NCBI GenBank assembly: GCA_963828165.1
Contig: CAWHDR010000001.1
Coordinates: forward strand, 832,001 to 896,000
From: an uncultured Chloroflexia bacterium
GTDB taxonomy: Bacteria; Chloroflexota; Limnocylindria; Limnocylindrales; CSP1-4
Direction: 5' to 3'
DNA: 64,000 bases
Below are positions 47,306-57,301 of the stretch, in pieces; the first letter of the stretch is position 1, and each line of letters starts with the position of its first letter. The position numbers and the translations under genes are program-made. The notes beneath the pieces were generated by a model. It was not told the origin of the DNA. It worked only from the letters and a program-made list of their open reading frames with translations, and searched no databases.

Positions 47306-47881
47306 CTACCTGCCCAGCTGGGCTTTTACCGGCTCCCATGCGTAGACGAGGATGGGGACGAGGATGATGGTCCCGATCAGGTCGCCGATGATGACCGGGA
47401 GATAGAGGGTCGAGAAGATGGTGGCGATGTCGAGGCCCTGCAGGATGTTGTCGGTGAAGACGAACAGGAACCCGATCAGGACCGCGATGACACCGGCGAT
47501 CACGCCGCCGATGGCGCGCTCGCGCAGGGAGCCGTTGACCCAGCGTGCGAGATAGAGGGGCGCGAGCCCGGCGATGAGGCCCACGAGCCCGTTGGCGATG
47601 CTCCAGTTCCAGGACGTGAGAGCGCCCCAGCCCGAGATCTGGTCGCCGATCCCGTTACCGACGAGCCCCGTGAAGAACCCGACGATCGGACCGAACGCGT
47701 AGCCGAAGAACGGCACGATGGCGAACGCCGGCCTGACGGACACCGTGCTGCCGGGGATCGGGAGCTGTGCGACGAGCAGGATCCCGTAGAGTGCGGCGCC
47801 GATCGCCGCATACACGATCGTCCGCGACGTGACCTCCCAGAGGTTGTTGCGGCGATCCATCGATATCGCGGTCATGTTCAT
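47306..47881 (-). CDS. ECF transporter S component (MtsT-like)
   Basis: IVYAAIGAALY, FGPIVGFFTGLVGN and WNW; about 6 TM helices. Confidence 0.85.
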   Translation of the reverse strand: MNMTAISMDRRNNLWEVTSRTIVYAAIGAALYGILLVAQLPIPGSTVSVRPAFAIVPFFGYAFGPIVGFFTGLVGNGIGDQISGWGALTSWNWSIANGLVGLIAGLAPLYLARWVNGSLRERAIGGVIAGVIAVLIGFLFVFTDNILQGLDIATIFSTLYLPVIIGDLIGTIILVPILVYAWEPVKAQLGR

Positions 47882-47931
47882 CCCTCCAGAACACTGATGA
47901 AGACGTACTCCCCCACTGGATCAGTGCTCGG

Positions 47932-49668
47932 TCAACAGTCCACTCCCTCGGCCTCCCTTCCAGGCCCCGAACGCTCGGTCGGCCGCTGGGCGGCGAGCCG
48001 GCGCGCCAGGGTGGCGGCATCGAGGAATGGCCCCGCTGCCGGCCCCCACGCTCTGTTGGCCTCCATCAAGGAGGTGTACCGCATGTTGCACGCAGTCCAG
48101 CGCGCCGTGTCCGCGATCACCGCCTTCGGAGGGCCATCGGCCACCACTCGGCCCTCTCGAAATAGCAGGATACGGTCTGCGTGCGTCAATGCAAGGTCCA
48201 CGTCGTGCGTGACGAGGTAGAGGCTGCGGAGTCCAGGGATCGCGAGGACCTCGCGCATGAACGCCTCGGCCGTGCGGTGATCCTGACCCGCTGACGGTTC
48301 GTCGAGGATGAGCGTCTCCGGTCGAAGGGCCAACGCGATCGCAAGCGCCAGGCGCTTCTGCTGGCCGAAGGACAGCGCCAGCGGTGGGCGCGAGCGGATG
48401 TCGTCGAGCTCGTGGAGGGCGGTCCGGCGAAGGCTGTCTGCGACCAGCTCGTCGAAGGTCGCTGGGTCTCGCTTGAGGTTCCGCGGCCCGAACAGCAGTT
48501 CCTCCTCCACGGTCCGGGCGAACAGCATCTGGCTGGGGCTCTGGAAGACGTACCCGAACTCCGTCGCGAGTTCGGCCGTGCGGCGGCTCGCGTGCGAGAC
48601 GCCGTCGACGAGGATCGAGCCACCCGTGATGTCGAGCAGCCGCATCGCGGTCCGAAGGAGCGTCGTCTTACCGGAGCCGTTCGGGCCGAGCACGGCGACC
48701 ACCTCGGCGGGGCCGAACCGGGCATCGACGCCATGCAGGATCTGGGTCTCGCCGATCGCCGCAGTGACGCCGCGGAACTCGAGCCGCGGCGTCGACTCGG
48801 CCGGTGCAGGTGCCTGGACCACCGGTGCTTCACCATCGTCGCCGTCGGTCTCGGCGGCAGCCATGGCGGCCCGCCTTGCAACGACCGCGAACGGCAGTCG
48901 GACGGCGGATGGGTCGGCGACATCGAGGAAGCCCGCGACTGCTCCCAGATAGCGGGTGCGCCCCTCATCGAGGTACAGCACGCGGTCCGGCGCGAGCGCG
49001 AGCGCTTCCTCCACCCGGTGCTCCACGATGACGATCGCGGATCCCTCGTCCGCGAGTGCCCGAAGGAGGGTCAGCAGGCGTTCGGCCGTGGCCGGATCCA
49101 GGTTGGCCAGGGGCTCGTCCACGACGAATAGCCGCGGGCGCATCATGAGGATCGCGGCCATCGCCAGGAGCTGCCGCTCCCCGCCTGACAGCGCCGCGGT
49201 CTCGCGCCCGAGCAAGGCTTCGATCCCGGCCTGACTGGCCACCTCGCGGATCCGCTCCGCGATCTCCTCGCGTGGCACGCCGAAGTTCTCGGGCCCGAAC
49301 GCCAGCTCCGACTCCACGGTCGCCCCGACGATCTGCTTTGCCGGGTCCTGGAGCACGGTCCCGACGGTCCGGGCGATGTCGCGCAGCTTGAGCTCGGTCG
49401 TGGGCCGACCCTCGACCAGCACGGTCCCGCCGAGGTCGCCCGAGTAGGCGTGCGGGATGAGGCCGTTGATGGCCCGGATGAGCGTGCTCTTGCCGCAGCC
49501 CGACGGTCCGGCGACCAGGACGACCTCGCCTGGGTGCACCATGAGGGACACGTCGCGGATCGCCGGTCCGGTGGCGCGCCGGTACTGGAAGGTCAGGCCA
49601 TCGACCTCGACGAGCGGCGTCGCGGTCTCCGGCTGTGACGCCCCGGACACCCCGCTCGCGGCGATCAC
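47932..49668 (-). CDS. ECF transporter fused double ATPase (EcfA-A')
   Basis: GPSGCGKS / LSGGE / DEP and GPNGSGKT / LSFGQ / DEP. Confidence 0.92.
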   Translation of the reverse strand: MIAASGVSGASQPETATPLVEVDGLTFQYRRATGPAIRDVSLMVHPGEVVLVAGPSGCGKSTLIRAINGLIPHAYSGDLGGTVLVEGRPTTELKLRDIARTVGTVLQDPAKQIVGATVESELAFGPENFGVPREEIAERIREVASQAGIEALLGRETAALSGGERQLLAMAAILMMRPRLFVVDEPLANLDPATAERLLTLLRALADEGSAIVIVEHRVEEALALAPDRVLYLDEGRTRYLGAVAGFLDVADPSAVRLPFAVVARRAAMAAAETDGDDGEAPVVQAPAPAESTPRLEFRGVTAAIGETQILHGVDARFGPAEVVAVLGPNGSGKTTLLRTAMRLLDITGGSILVDGVSHASRRTAELATEFGYVFQSPSQMLFARTVEEELLFGPRNLKRDPATFDELVADSLRRTALHELDDIRSRPPLALSFGQQKRLALAIALALRPETLILDEPSAGQDHRTAEAFMREVLAIPGLRSLYLVTHDVDLALTHADRILLFREGRVVADGPPKAVIADTARWTACNMRYTSLMEANRAWGPAAGPFLDAATLARRLAAQRPTERSGPGREAEGVDC

Positions 49669-49672
49669 CGGA

Positions 49673-50497
49673 TCAGGCAGGCCGGATATGGACCGGGCGG
49701 TCCCGCGACAGGCCGAGCCGCCGGGCCGCGTCGCCCTGGTTGTCGGCCAGCGACAGGTGGCCTTCCGAATCGGCCATCAACAGCGATGAGCCGACCGGCA
49801 CGCGGCCGAACGTGCGTTCCCAGACCGTTCGCTCCTCCACGGCCGGCGCGCCACCGTGTTCGGGGAATTCGAGCAGGAGCTCGCGACCGAGTGCCAGGGG
49901 CCCGACGGCCGCCTCGAGATCCTTGGGCGTGCCGGCAAACGTCACGTTGCCGTAGATGAGCACGTGCACGATCGTGGAACTGAGAACGCCATCCTCGATG
50001 GTCGGCCGGATGACCGGCAACCGGACCAGCTCGTCGATGGCGACCGTCGGCCCGACCGCAGCGAATTCGACGCCGGCGGCGAGATGCGCGGCGACCGGCG
50101 CGAAGATGTCGCGGCCGTGGAAGCTCGACGAGATGACCGGGAGCATCAGGTCGCGGTTCGTGATCGCCCGCGCCTCGTCGATGCCGCCCAGGGCCTCGGC
50201 CGCGCCGATCAGCAGGCCGTTGTCCGGCCCGATGAGGACGTCGCCGCGGGCGGTCCGCAGTCCCACGGCCAGGCGTTCCGTGCCGACGCCCGGGTCGACG
50301 ACGGCCACATGGATGCCGATCGGCATGTGCGGGAGCGCGAAGACCAGCGATGCCGCGCCGTCACGGATCGAGTAGCGCGGGACCTGGTGGTTGATGTCGA
50401 TGATGTTGGCGTCCGGGCAGATCCGGAACATCACGCCGCGGCAGACGGCGGGCGCGGCCGGGCCGAAGTCGGTCAGGAAAGAGATGACGGGTCGCAT
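49673..50497 (-). CDS. SAM hydroxide adenosyltransferase / chlorinase-fluorinase family (DUF62)
   Basis: FLTDFG, VVDPGVGT, GPDNG, SSSFHGRDIFAP and YGN. Confidence 0.92.
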   Translation of the reverse strand: MRPVISFLTDFGPAAPAVCRGVMFRICPDANIIDINHQVPRYSIRDGAASLVFALPHMPIGIHVAVVDPGVGTERLAVGLRTARGDVLIGPDNGLLIGAAEALGGIDEARAITNRDLMLPVISSSFHGRDIFAPVAAHLAAGVEFAAVGPTVAIDELVRLPVIRPTIEDGVLSSTIVHVLIYGNVTFAGTPKDLEAAVGPLALGRELLLEFPEHGGAPAVEERTVWERTFGRVPVGSSLLMADSEGHLSLADNQGDAARRLGLSRDRPVHIRPA

Positions 50498-50527
50498 CCC
50501 GCGGATGGTAGCGAAACCCCGGACGTG

Positions 50528-50565
50528 CCGAAGCGGCGCCGGGAGGAGGCTCGGCGCCGCTTCGG
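50528..50565. terminator. 14-bp GC-rich hairpin
   Basis: CCGAAGCGGCGCCG-N10-CGGCGCCGCTTCGG. Confidence 0.5.
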
Positions 50566-50625
50566 GAGACGATTGACCGCTCGGGTGGGAGGAGGGTCCG
50601 CCCTCGCGGTCGGTGAAAGCGATGG

Positions 50626-50997
50626 TCAGTGCGGGCGGGGCGCCTCCCCGTCCGCGGATCCGAACCGGCCCGTGCGGGCGAGTTCGCGAAGGAAGAGCAA
50701 TTGGTTGACCTGGCGGAGCGACCAGTGGACATCCACCACCGGGATCCCGCACAGGAATGCGGTCAGGTTGGCGGCCTCACCCGGCGCGAGGCCCTTCATG
50801 AGCAACTGCCGGTAGGTCGATCCCGTTGCGAGATGGTCCGCCGTCGTGCGGGCCGGATCCTTCGTGGGTGACGGGGCCAACGCCGTGCCCACGAACCCAC
50901 GATCGACCGTGGATGCCGCCGCGTGACGCGGTCGCGGCGAGGCGAGGCGCGATGATCGCCCTCGTCCCCGTGAACCTCGCGGTACCGGCCCAGCCAT
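50626..50997 (-). CDS. Small hypothetical protein (start uncertain; GTG 50892 is an alternative)
   Basis: Protein-like C-terminal half YRQLLMKGLAPGEAANLTAFLCGI...WSLRQVNQLLFLR. Confidence 0.55.
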   Translation of the reverse strand: MAGPVPRGSRGRGRSSRLASPRPRHAAASTVDRGFVGTALAPSPTKDPARTTADHLATGSTYRQLLMKGLAPGEAANLTAFLCGIPVVDVHWSLRQVNQLLFLRELARTGRFGSADGEAPRPH

Positions 50998-51177
50998 GTT
51001 GCACGTGCCCCTCGATGGTGTGACGGTCCGCTCCGGTCGGTCCGGTGCGGTAGGGGCATGTTCATCTCGCCGAATGGCGGGTCGCGATGACCCACCGGTC
51101 CTATGCTCGATGGTACTTGCGGCATAGGCCCGTCTACGGCATCGGTCACGCGCGATGCATCGGTAGACTCACCCAGC

Positions 51178-52368
51178 ATGCGCGCCCGTCGACTCGAACT
51201 CCGGCTGCTCGGCAGCGCCCTCGTCGGGGCGTGGGGCTTGGCCGCGGTCCTGGTCCTGCTGGCCTACCGGCCGGGTGGACCATTCGACATCGTCGTCGGG
51301 ATCACCATGCTCGTCCCGCTCGCCATCGCCATCAGCGGCGTCGTGTGGCCACCGGTGGCACGCGGGCGCGACACGTACCCGATGGTCGTGGCCCTGGGCG
51401 TCGGCTCGCTCCTGCTGCTGCTGCCGTCGATCGGCGGCGTGCTCAATCAGCTTCTGGCGCTCGGATCGCAGACGCTGATGCCGTCGCTCGAGGCCGCCTA
51501 TCCCTGGCTGCTCGCACTGGCCGGGACGAGCCTGTTCGCCGGTTTCGGCCTCGCCCGCCGGCTCGACGCCGGGACCGCGCTTCGACCGCGGCGGCTGCGC
51601 GTCGGGATCGCATCGGCGGTCGCCTTCACGGCGCTCGCCGGCACCGCGTTCGCGGGCGCCGCGATCGCCAACGAGCTCGCGTTGCGCGACCGGACGACAC
51701 CACCGGCGGTCTCGCGCTTCGGACCGACCGATGCCGAAGCCGAGCTCCCGCCCTGCGACGGAGCCCTGGCTGCCGGTAAGAGCGCCCGGCTCATCGCCCA
51801 CCTCCACGGCCAGATCGATGGCGGGGCCATCGGCTCCGTGGACCTGTCCGGTCAGCGCGTCGGCACGAACTTCCGGTGGCTGGCGTACGTGGCGACGGAT
51901 CGCGAGCTGGGCCAATACGGTGCGGCCAGCTTCGGCGGGCGGGCCTGGACTCGGACGCCCGGCGACGGCTGGGCCATCGCCGATGCCCAGAGCGTCCGCG
52001 AAGAGACGCTCGACCTGCAGGCGGTCAGGACGGCCCTTGCCCGCCGCTCGCGCGCGACGTCGGAGGATCGCGGCATCGAGGTGATCGAGGGTGCCCGCAC
52101 GCGCCGCTGTCGCGTTGCCGTGGATGGCGCCACGTTCCGGGCAGCCTTCCCCCAGATCCGCTGGCTCGTCGGCGACGCCGATATCGAGCGCTGGCGGGGC
52201 CAGCTGGATTACTGGGTCTTCGCCGACGGCCAGCTCGGACAGGTCGCGGGCAGTGTCAACGGTGAGGCTGGGGCGATCCGCTCCGAAGCGATCCAGGCGA
52301 CCATCGAGGTCCTCCTGACCGCGACGGGACGGGGCGATGAACTCGTCATCTATCCTCCCGCTCCATGA
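51178..52368 (+). CDS. Hypothetical multi-TM membrane protein with a C-terminal beta-rich domain
   Basis: Five hydrophobic segments; TAGACT upstream; ATGA overlap with the WYL gene. Confidence 0.65.
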   Translation: MRARRLELRLLGSALVGAWGLAAVLVLLAYRPGGPFDIVVGITMLVPLAIAISGVVWPPVARGRDTYPMVVALGVGSLLLLLPSIGGVLNQLLALGSQTLMPSLEAAYPWLLALAGTSLFAGFGLARRLDAGTALRPRRLRVGIASAVAFTALAGTAFAGAAIANELALRDRTTPPAVSRFGPTDAEAELPPCDGALAAGKSARLIAHLHGQIDGGAIGSVDLSGQRVGTNFRWLAYVATDRELGQYGAASFGGRAWTRTPGDGWAIADAQSVREETLDLQAVRTALARRSRATSEDRGIEVIEGARTRRCRVAVDGATFRAAFPQIRWLVGDADIERWRGQLDYWVFADGQLGQVAGSVNGEAGAIRSEAIQATIEVLLTATGRGDELVIYPPAP

Positions 52369-53363
52369 CCCTCGAGGACGAGCCCGAGCGATTCGGCAAG
52401 CGCGACCGGCTCGCCCGGATGCTGCGCGTCGTGACCGTCCTGCGCGGTCATCCAGATGGGATCCGCCCGCCGGAGATCGCCCGTCGCGTCGGGGTCGCGA
52501 CCCGGACCGTCTATCGCGACCTCCGGGCGCTCGAAGAGGAAGTCGGGGTCGCGGTCTGGTCGGAGAGCGGCCTGTGGGGCGTCGTCGGTGAGGAGTTCCT
52601 GCCGCCGCTCAAGCTGACCCTCGACGAGGCCATGGCGGTCGTCCTGTCCGCCAGGCTGATGGTCCGCTACGCCGACAAGTACGACCCGGACCTCGCCGCC
52701 GCCTTCGAGAAGCTCGAGGCGGTGCTGCCCCGCCCGCTCGCCGAGCACGTGGAACGCACCCTCGACGTCCTCGCGCAGCATCCCCGCGACGAGCCATTCA
52801 GCGAGCACGTCCATCGACTCACCCGGGCCTGGGCGGAGCGACGGGTCGTCACGTTGGAGTACGAACCGGCGCAGTACGGGACCGACGCCACGGCCCGTCA
52901 GGCCGTCGTGCGTCCCTACCTGATCGAGCCCTCGCTGCAGACGCACGCGCTCTACCTGATCGGCTGGGACGAGACCCGCGACGCCCTGCGGACCTTCAAG
53001 ATCGAGCGGATCCGCGACGTGGCGCTGACGCCGCGGACCTTCGAGCTGCCGGAGGGCGACGGCGTCGAGGCGACCCTGCGGCGGGCGTGGGACATCATCG
53101 CCGACCAGCCGCCGACGAAGGTCGTCCTGCGCTTCAGCCCGACCGTCGCGACCCGCGTCCAGGAGGCCACCTGGCACGCGAGCCAGCACGTCCAGCGCGA
53201 GGACGACGGCTCGCTCACGTGGCGCGCGACGGTTGCGGGAACCATCGAGATCCGCCTCTGGATCCTGTCCTGGGGCGACGAGGTGGAGGTTCTCGAGCCA
53301 CCCGAACTGCGCGCCGACGTGACCGCCACGATGCGCCGCGCGCTCGCTCGCTACGGGGCCTGA
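52365..53363 (+). CDS. HTH-WYL-WCX transcriptional regulator (PafB/C, YafY-like)
   Basis: GVATRTVYRDL, LYLIG, RTFKIERI and WILSWG..VEVLEP. Confidence 0.92.
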   Translation: MTLEDEPERFGKRDRLARMLRVVTVLRGHPDGIRPPEIARRVGVATRTVYRDLRALEEEVGVAVWSESGLWGVVGEEFLPPLKLTLDEAMAVVLSARLMVRYADKYDPDLAAAFEKLEAVLPRPLAEHVERTLDVLAQHPRDEPFSEHVHRLTRAWAERRVVTLEYEPAQYGTDATARQAVVRPYLIEPSLQTHALYLIGWDETRDALRTFKIERIRDVALTPRTFELPEGDGVEATLRRAWDIIADQPPTKVVLRFSPTVATRVQEATWHASQHVQREDDGSLTWRATVAGTIEIRLWILSWGDEVEVLEPPELRADVTATMRRALARYGA

Positions 53364-53463
53364 ACCGGGCCCCGCTCCGCGGGACGGATTCGACAAGGGC
53401 TGGGTCGCTGGGTTAGGGTAAGTCGCCTACGACGTGCCCCCCACACGCTCGGAGGTTTGTCCC

Positions 53464-54270
53464 TTGAGTTCCCGCCTACCTCGTAGGTTGCTGTCCCACG
53501 CCGTGGGCGCGACCCTCATCGCGACGCTGGTCGCGACCGCTTTTGCCGCGCCGGCCAGCGCGGCCACCTCCGCCTCTACTGCCGAGGCGATGATCATCGG
53601 ATGGGTCAATACCAGCCGCATCAATGCCGGTCTGAAACCCCTCCGCGGTGATGGCGACCTGGCATACATCGCCGGTGTGCGCGCCTCCCGGATGGCCAGC
53701 AACAATGTCATGAACCACACCATCGGCGGCAACCTCTACAACCAGCTCAAGTACCGCGACGTCCAGTGGTATCGCTACGGCGAGGCCGTCGGCTGGTCCG
53801 GGTCGGCCTGGACCGTTGACGCCGCCCGGTCGCTGTATCGCATGTGGATGGCAAGCCCCTCCCACCGGGCACTGCTGATGAGCAACCGATTCAATTACAT
53901 CGGCCTCGGCCTGGCGTATCGCTCGTCGAACCGTCGGACGTTCGGTTCGGCAGTCATGAGCGAATCGCTCGACCACACGCCCGTGATCGCCCGAGTCACT
54001 GGAGCCAGCCGTTCCGGCGACGACGTCAGCTGGACATGGAACGGGTACGACCCGCGCCTCCAGACCCACACGGCCGGATTCCGCGACTTCGACCTCCAGT
54101 ACCGCGTCGGCTCCGGGAGCTGGCGGACGCTCCGCAACGACACGACCGGGAAGTCCCTCGTCCTGCGCGACCGGCCGCACGGCCAGTACTACGCGATCCG
54201 CGTGCGAGGGACCGACCGCCGTGGCAATGTGGGGGCGTGGACGGCCCAGTCTCGCATCTGGGTGCCCTGA
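53464..54270 (+). CDS. Secreted CAP (SCP) domain protein with a C-terminal FN3-like domain
   Basis: GGAGG plus TTG; signal peptide ending APASA; WMASPSHRALL, IGLG and YAIRVRGTD..GN. Confidence 0.85.
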   Translation: MSSRLPRRLLSHAVGATLIATLVATAFAAPASAATSASTAEAMIIGWVNTSRINAGLKPLRGDGDLAYIAGVRASRMASNNVMNHTIGGNLYNQLKYRDVQWYRYGEAVGWSGSAWTVDAARSLYRMWMASPSHRALLMSNRFNYIGLGLAYRSSNRRTFGSAVMSESLDHTPVIARVTGASRSGDDVSWTWNGYDPRLQTHTAGFRDFDLQYRVGSGSWRTLRNDTTGKSLVLRDRPHGQYYAIRVRGTDRRGNVGAWTAQSRIWVP

Positions 54271-55694
54271 CCGGATCGGTCCGGCGGCACCCATTCGCCG
54301 CAGTCAACTTCATCAGCGACCCGATCCACGGGTACATCGAGCTCACCAAGCGGCTCGGACCGGTTGAATCGGCAGCGGCCGGGCTGCCCGCCGAGGACGT
54401 CGCCGAGGAGGACCTCCTCGACACGGCGTGGCTGCAGCGGCTGCGTCGCATCAGTCAGCTGCAGAGCGCACGCTGGGTCTTTCCGACCGCCGAGCACTCG
54501 CGCTTCACGCACGGTCTCGGCGTCATGCACGAGGCCGGCCTGTGGGCGCGCTCGCTCTACCCGAGCCTGCGATCCGCCCTCGCCGGGGCGGGCGATGACG
54601 GGCCGTTCCCATCCGAGGGCCTGGTCACCGAGACCCTGCGCATGGCCGGCCTCCTCCACGACGTGGGCCACGGACCGTTCGCGCATTTCTTCGACGACCA
54701 CGTCCTCGCCGATTTCGAGGCGCCCGCGGATCCGCGCCGTGCAGGCGCCAAGCGCCTCACCCACGAGGACCTGAGTGTCCGGATCGTCATCGAGGAGCTC
54801 GGGCCGCTCCTGCGCGGCCTGCGCCGAGCCCCGGGTAACGTCAGCGAGCGGGACGCCTTCGCGGACGGCGAGTCGATCGATCCGGAGTGGGTCGCCTTCC
54901 TCATCGCCAAGCCGGCGCTGGCCGATCCGGCGATGCCGCGCTGGGTGCGCTGGCTGGCGCCGCTGCTGTCCGGCGTGTTCACGGTCGACAACCTGGACTA
55001 CGTCCGCCGGGACGCGTACCTGACCGGGGTCGCCGCAGGCCCGATCGACGTCGAACGCCTGCGCCGCTACACCTTCATCGGCTCCGACGGGCTGACGCTC
55101 TTCGAACCCGGCCTCGGGGCACTGGAGATGTTCCTGACGGCGCGACGGTTCATGTACCAGCAGGTCTATTACCACCGAACGGTGCGGGCGATCGATCTCG
55201 ATCTCGCCGACGTGTTCGGTCCGTCCGTGCGGGCGATCTTCGGCGACGGCTCACCCGCTGAGCGGCTGGCGGCCTATGCGGACCTCGACGAGTACGCGCT
55301 CCTCCATCAGGCCGCCCGCTGGGCCCGAGGTGTCGACATCGCGACCGCGGGTGCCGCGCCCCCGATGCCAGGCGACGGACGCGTGCCGGCCGGCATCGCT
55401 GAACGCTGGCGGGCGATCCTGCTGCGCCAGCCGACCTGGCGGGCAGAGGCAGAGGTCCGCGCCGAGTACGAGGCGGGCGAACAGCCCGATGCCCTGATCG
55501 CAACCCTCGGAGAGGCGGAGCCGGGCCGTGTGGCGATCGACCTCGCGATCGTCGACGCTCGGCCGGCCGACGCCGACGCTGCGGACCGTCTGCTCGCGCT
55601 CGAGGCCCGTGACGGGCGGTCGCTGTCCCTGGCGGCCGCGCTTGCCTCGATCCCGGCGTACTGGCTCATCGGACGGCGCTACCGCCGGCGTTGA
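54267..55694 (+). CDS. HD-domain phosphohydrolase (SAMHD1/dNTPase-like)
   Basis: DPIHG, QRLRRISQL, HSRFTH, LLHDVGHGPFAH, DNLDY and MYQQVYYH; start uncertain (CTG 54267). Confidence 0.88.
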   Translation: MTGSVRRHPFAAVNFISDPIHGYIELTKRLGPVESAAAGLPAEDVAEEDLLDTAWLQRLRRISQLQSARWVFPTAEHSRFTHGLGVMHEAGLWARSLYPSLRSALAGAGDDGPFPSEGLVTETLRMAGLLHDVGHGPFAHFFDDHVLADFEAPADPRRAGAKRLTHEDLSVRIVIEELGPLLRGLRRAPGNVSERDAFADGESIDPEWVAFLIAKPALADPAMPRWVRWLAPLLSGVFTVDNLDYVRRDAYLTGVAAGPIDVERLRRYTFIGSDGLTLFEPGLGALEMFLTARRFMYQQVYYHRTVRAIDLDLADVFGPSVRAIFGDGSPAERLAAYADLDEYALLHQAARWARGVDIATAGAAPPMPGDGRVPAGIAERWRAILLRQPTWRAEAEVRAEYEAGEQPDALIATLGEAEPGRVAIDLAIVDARPADADAADRLLALEARDGRSLSLAAALASIPAYWLIGRRYRRR

Positions 55695-55756
55695 GGGCGG
55701 CGCGACCGCGAGGTTGCATCGGGGCGAGACGGCGCGCACCGCTCGGAGGCGTGGCC

Positions 55757-56665
55757 CTACGTGCCGGGACTCGCGCTCGGCTTTGGCTTAGGCGCCTTGG
55801 GCCGCTCGCCGATGACGAGCATCGGATCGATGCGCGCGATCTGGCGATCGGGCAGCTTCATGCGCTTGACGACCGAGGGCTCGATCCCGAACGTCGCGAG
55901 CTCGGCCGGGCTGAACAACCCGTAGTGGAGGTGACAGCCCGACGCCCGACCGGTCCGGCCCTCGTAGCCCAGCAGCTGGCCAGCCTTCACGACGGCGCCC
56001 TTCTTGACCACGATCTTGCCGAAGTGTGCATAGACGCTTCGATAGCCGTTGCCATCGTCGATGACGACGACGATGGGCAACGTGGACCAGAGGTGCTTCT
56101 TCTCGAGCCGCTCGAGATATGGCTCGAGATCGCCGACCCAGCCCATGAACCGGTCGTACTTGCGTCCGGCGGCGAGGACGGTCCCACCGTGGGCCGCCAC
56201 GACCCGATCGCCACAGAACGTCGCCAGGTCGATCCCGTCGTGGAACCGTTCGCCGTCCACGATACGAGACCCCCATGGCGACGGCCCGAACGGCAAGGTC
56301 AGCCGACCGCGCGGAAGCGGCCAGCGGTAGCCGGTGAGCGTCGAAGGCGCCGGTACTGACGGCGCCGCACTCGGGCGCACGGCCACGACCGAAGGCGGCC
56401 GGGCGGAGGCGCCGGATGCCGGTGCGCCGGCCGCGGCGGTCGGTCGGGGGCTCGGTGGCGGCGGGCTCTCGACGGCCCCCTGGACGGCCACGACCGGGGT
56501 GAGCGGCCCGCTCGAGACGGACGTCGCGATCGCGACGCCCACTGCGGCGATGACACCCGCGAGGAGGACCGCGCTCGCCCGTCGACGCCGCCATCCCGTG
56601 CCCCGTTCGCGCTCGCTCAGCGGGCGCGGCAGGTTGTCGAGTGGACCGGGGACGCTCGTGGTCAC
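55757..56665 (-). CDS. M23-family metallopeptidase
   Basis: HDGID, YAH, G.TGRASGCHLH; N-terminal TM helix. Confidence 0.9.
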   Translation of the reverse strand: MTTSVPGPLDNLPRPLSERERGTGWRRRRASAVLLAGVIAAVGVAIATSVSSGPLTPVVAVQGAVESPPPPSPRPTAAAGAPASGASARPPSVVAVRPSAAPSVPAPSTLTGYRWPLPRGRLTLPFGPSPWGSRIVDGERFHDGIDLATFCGDRVVAAHGGTVLAAGRKYDRFMGWVGDLEPYLERLEKKHLWSTLPIVVVIDDGNGYRSVYAHFGKIVVKKGAVVKAGQLLGYEGRTGRASGCHLHYGLFSPAELATFGIEPSVVKRMKLPDRQIARIDPMLVIGERPKAPKPKPSASPGT

Positions 56666-57025
56666 CTAGCGGCCGGGGACGGGTTCGACGACCGGCACGT
56701 CATCCCGGGCACGGAGGTGGAAGGCGATGCCATCGACCATCTCGGTGGAAGGATCGCGGCGAGGCATCGCCGTCAGGCGCCAGTCGCGACCCTCGCGCTC
56801 GATCCAGCGGGCGAGCGGTCGGCCACGCTCGAGCACAGCGTCGAACAGCGCGAACGCGGTATCGGGCATGTCCACCATGACCTCGCGGGCGGGCATGCCG
56901 ATGCAGCGTGACCCGAACTGGGCGTGGAATGCCGGGTTGCCGTAGATCAGGACATGACCAGGACCCGCGCAGATGCCGGCCGGCCGGACCTGGGGCAGGG
57001 TGGGAGGCGGGTCGTGACGGGCCAT
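56666..57025 (-). CDS. Stand-alone PAS-like domain protein
   Basis: GPGHVLIYGNPAF, IGMPAREV and VLERGRP. Confidence 0.6.
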   Translation of the reverse strand: MARHDPPPTLPQVRPAGICAGPGHVLIYGNPAFHAQFGSRCIGMPAREVMVDMPDTAFALFDAVLERGRPLARWIEREGRDWRLTAMPRRDPSTEMVDGIAFHLRARDDVPVVEPVPGR

Positions 57026-57301
57026 GGAACGCAGATGATAGTCCGTGGCTGTCAGCGCGAAAACCAGGCGGCCCGGCGTTGCTCCTTCCCCGCGGAATTA
57101 CGGCGTTCGGATGATGTCATGGCGGCACCGAGCGGGATATGGTGCCTCCGCAACCCCAGTTCCGAGGTCCATCACCCGTGTCCCGACTCGTGCCCTCGCG
57201 CCGAAGCCCGGACGAAGGTCCGACCGTGCGTCGGCCCACCTCGACCCCACCTCGCCCGCCATGGGGAGCGGGCGCGCGCACCGGCCGCCGCTGGTAGCGC
57301 C

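Noticed and set aside
50498-50625. SAM riboswitch upstream of the DUF62-ECF operon
   Set aside because: No SAM-I (AUC...GAU, kink-turn) pattern; TACCAT 7 nt before the ATG indicates a leaderless transcript.
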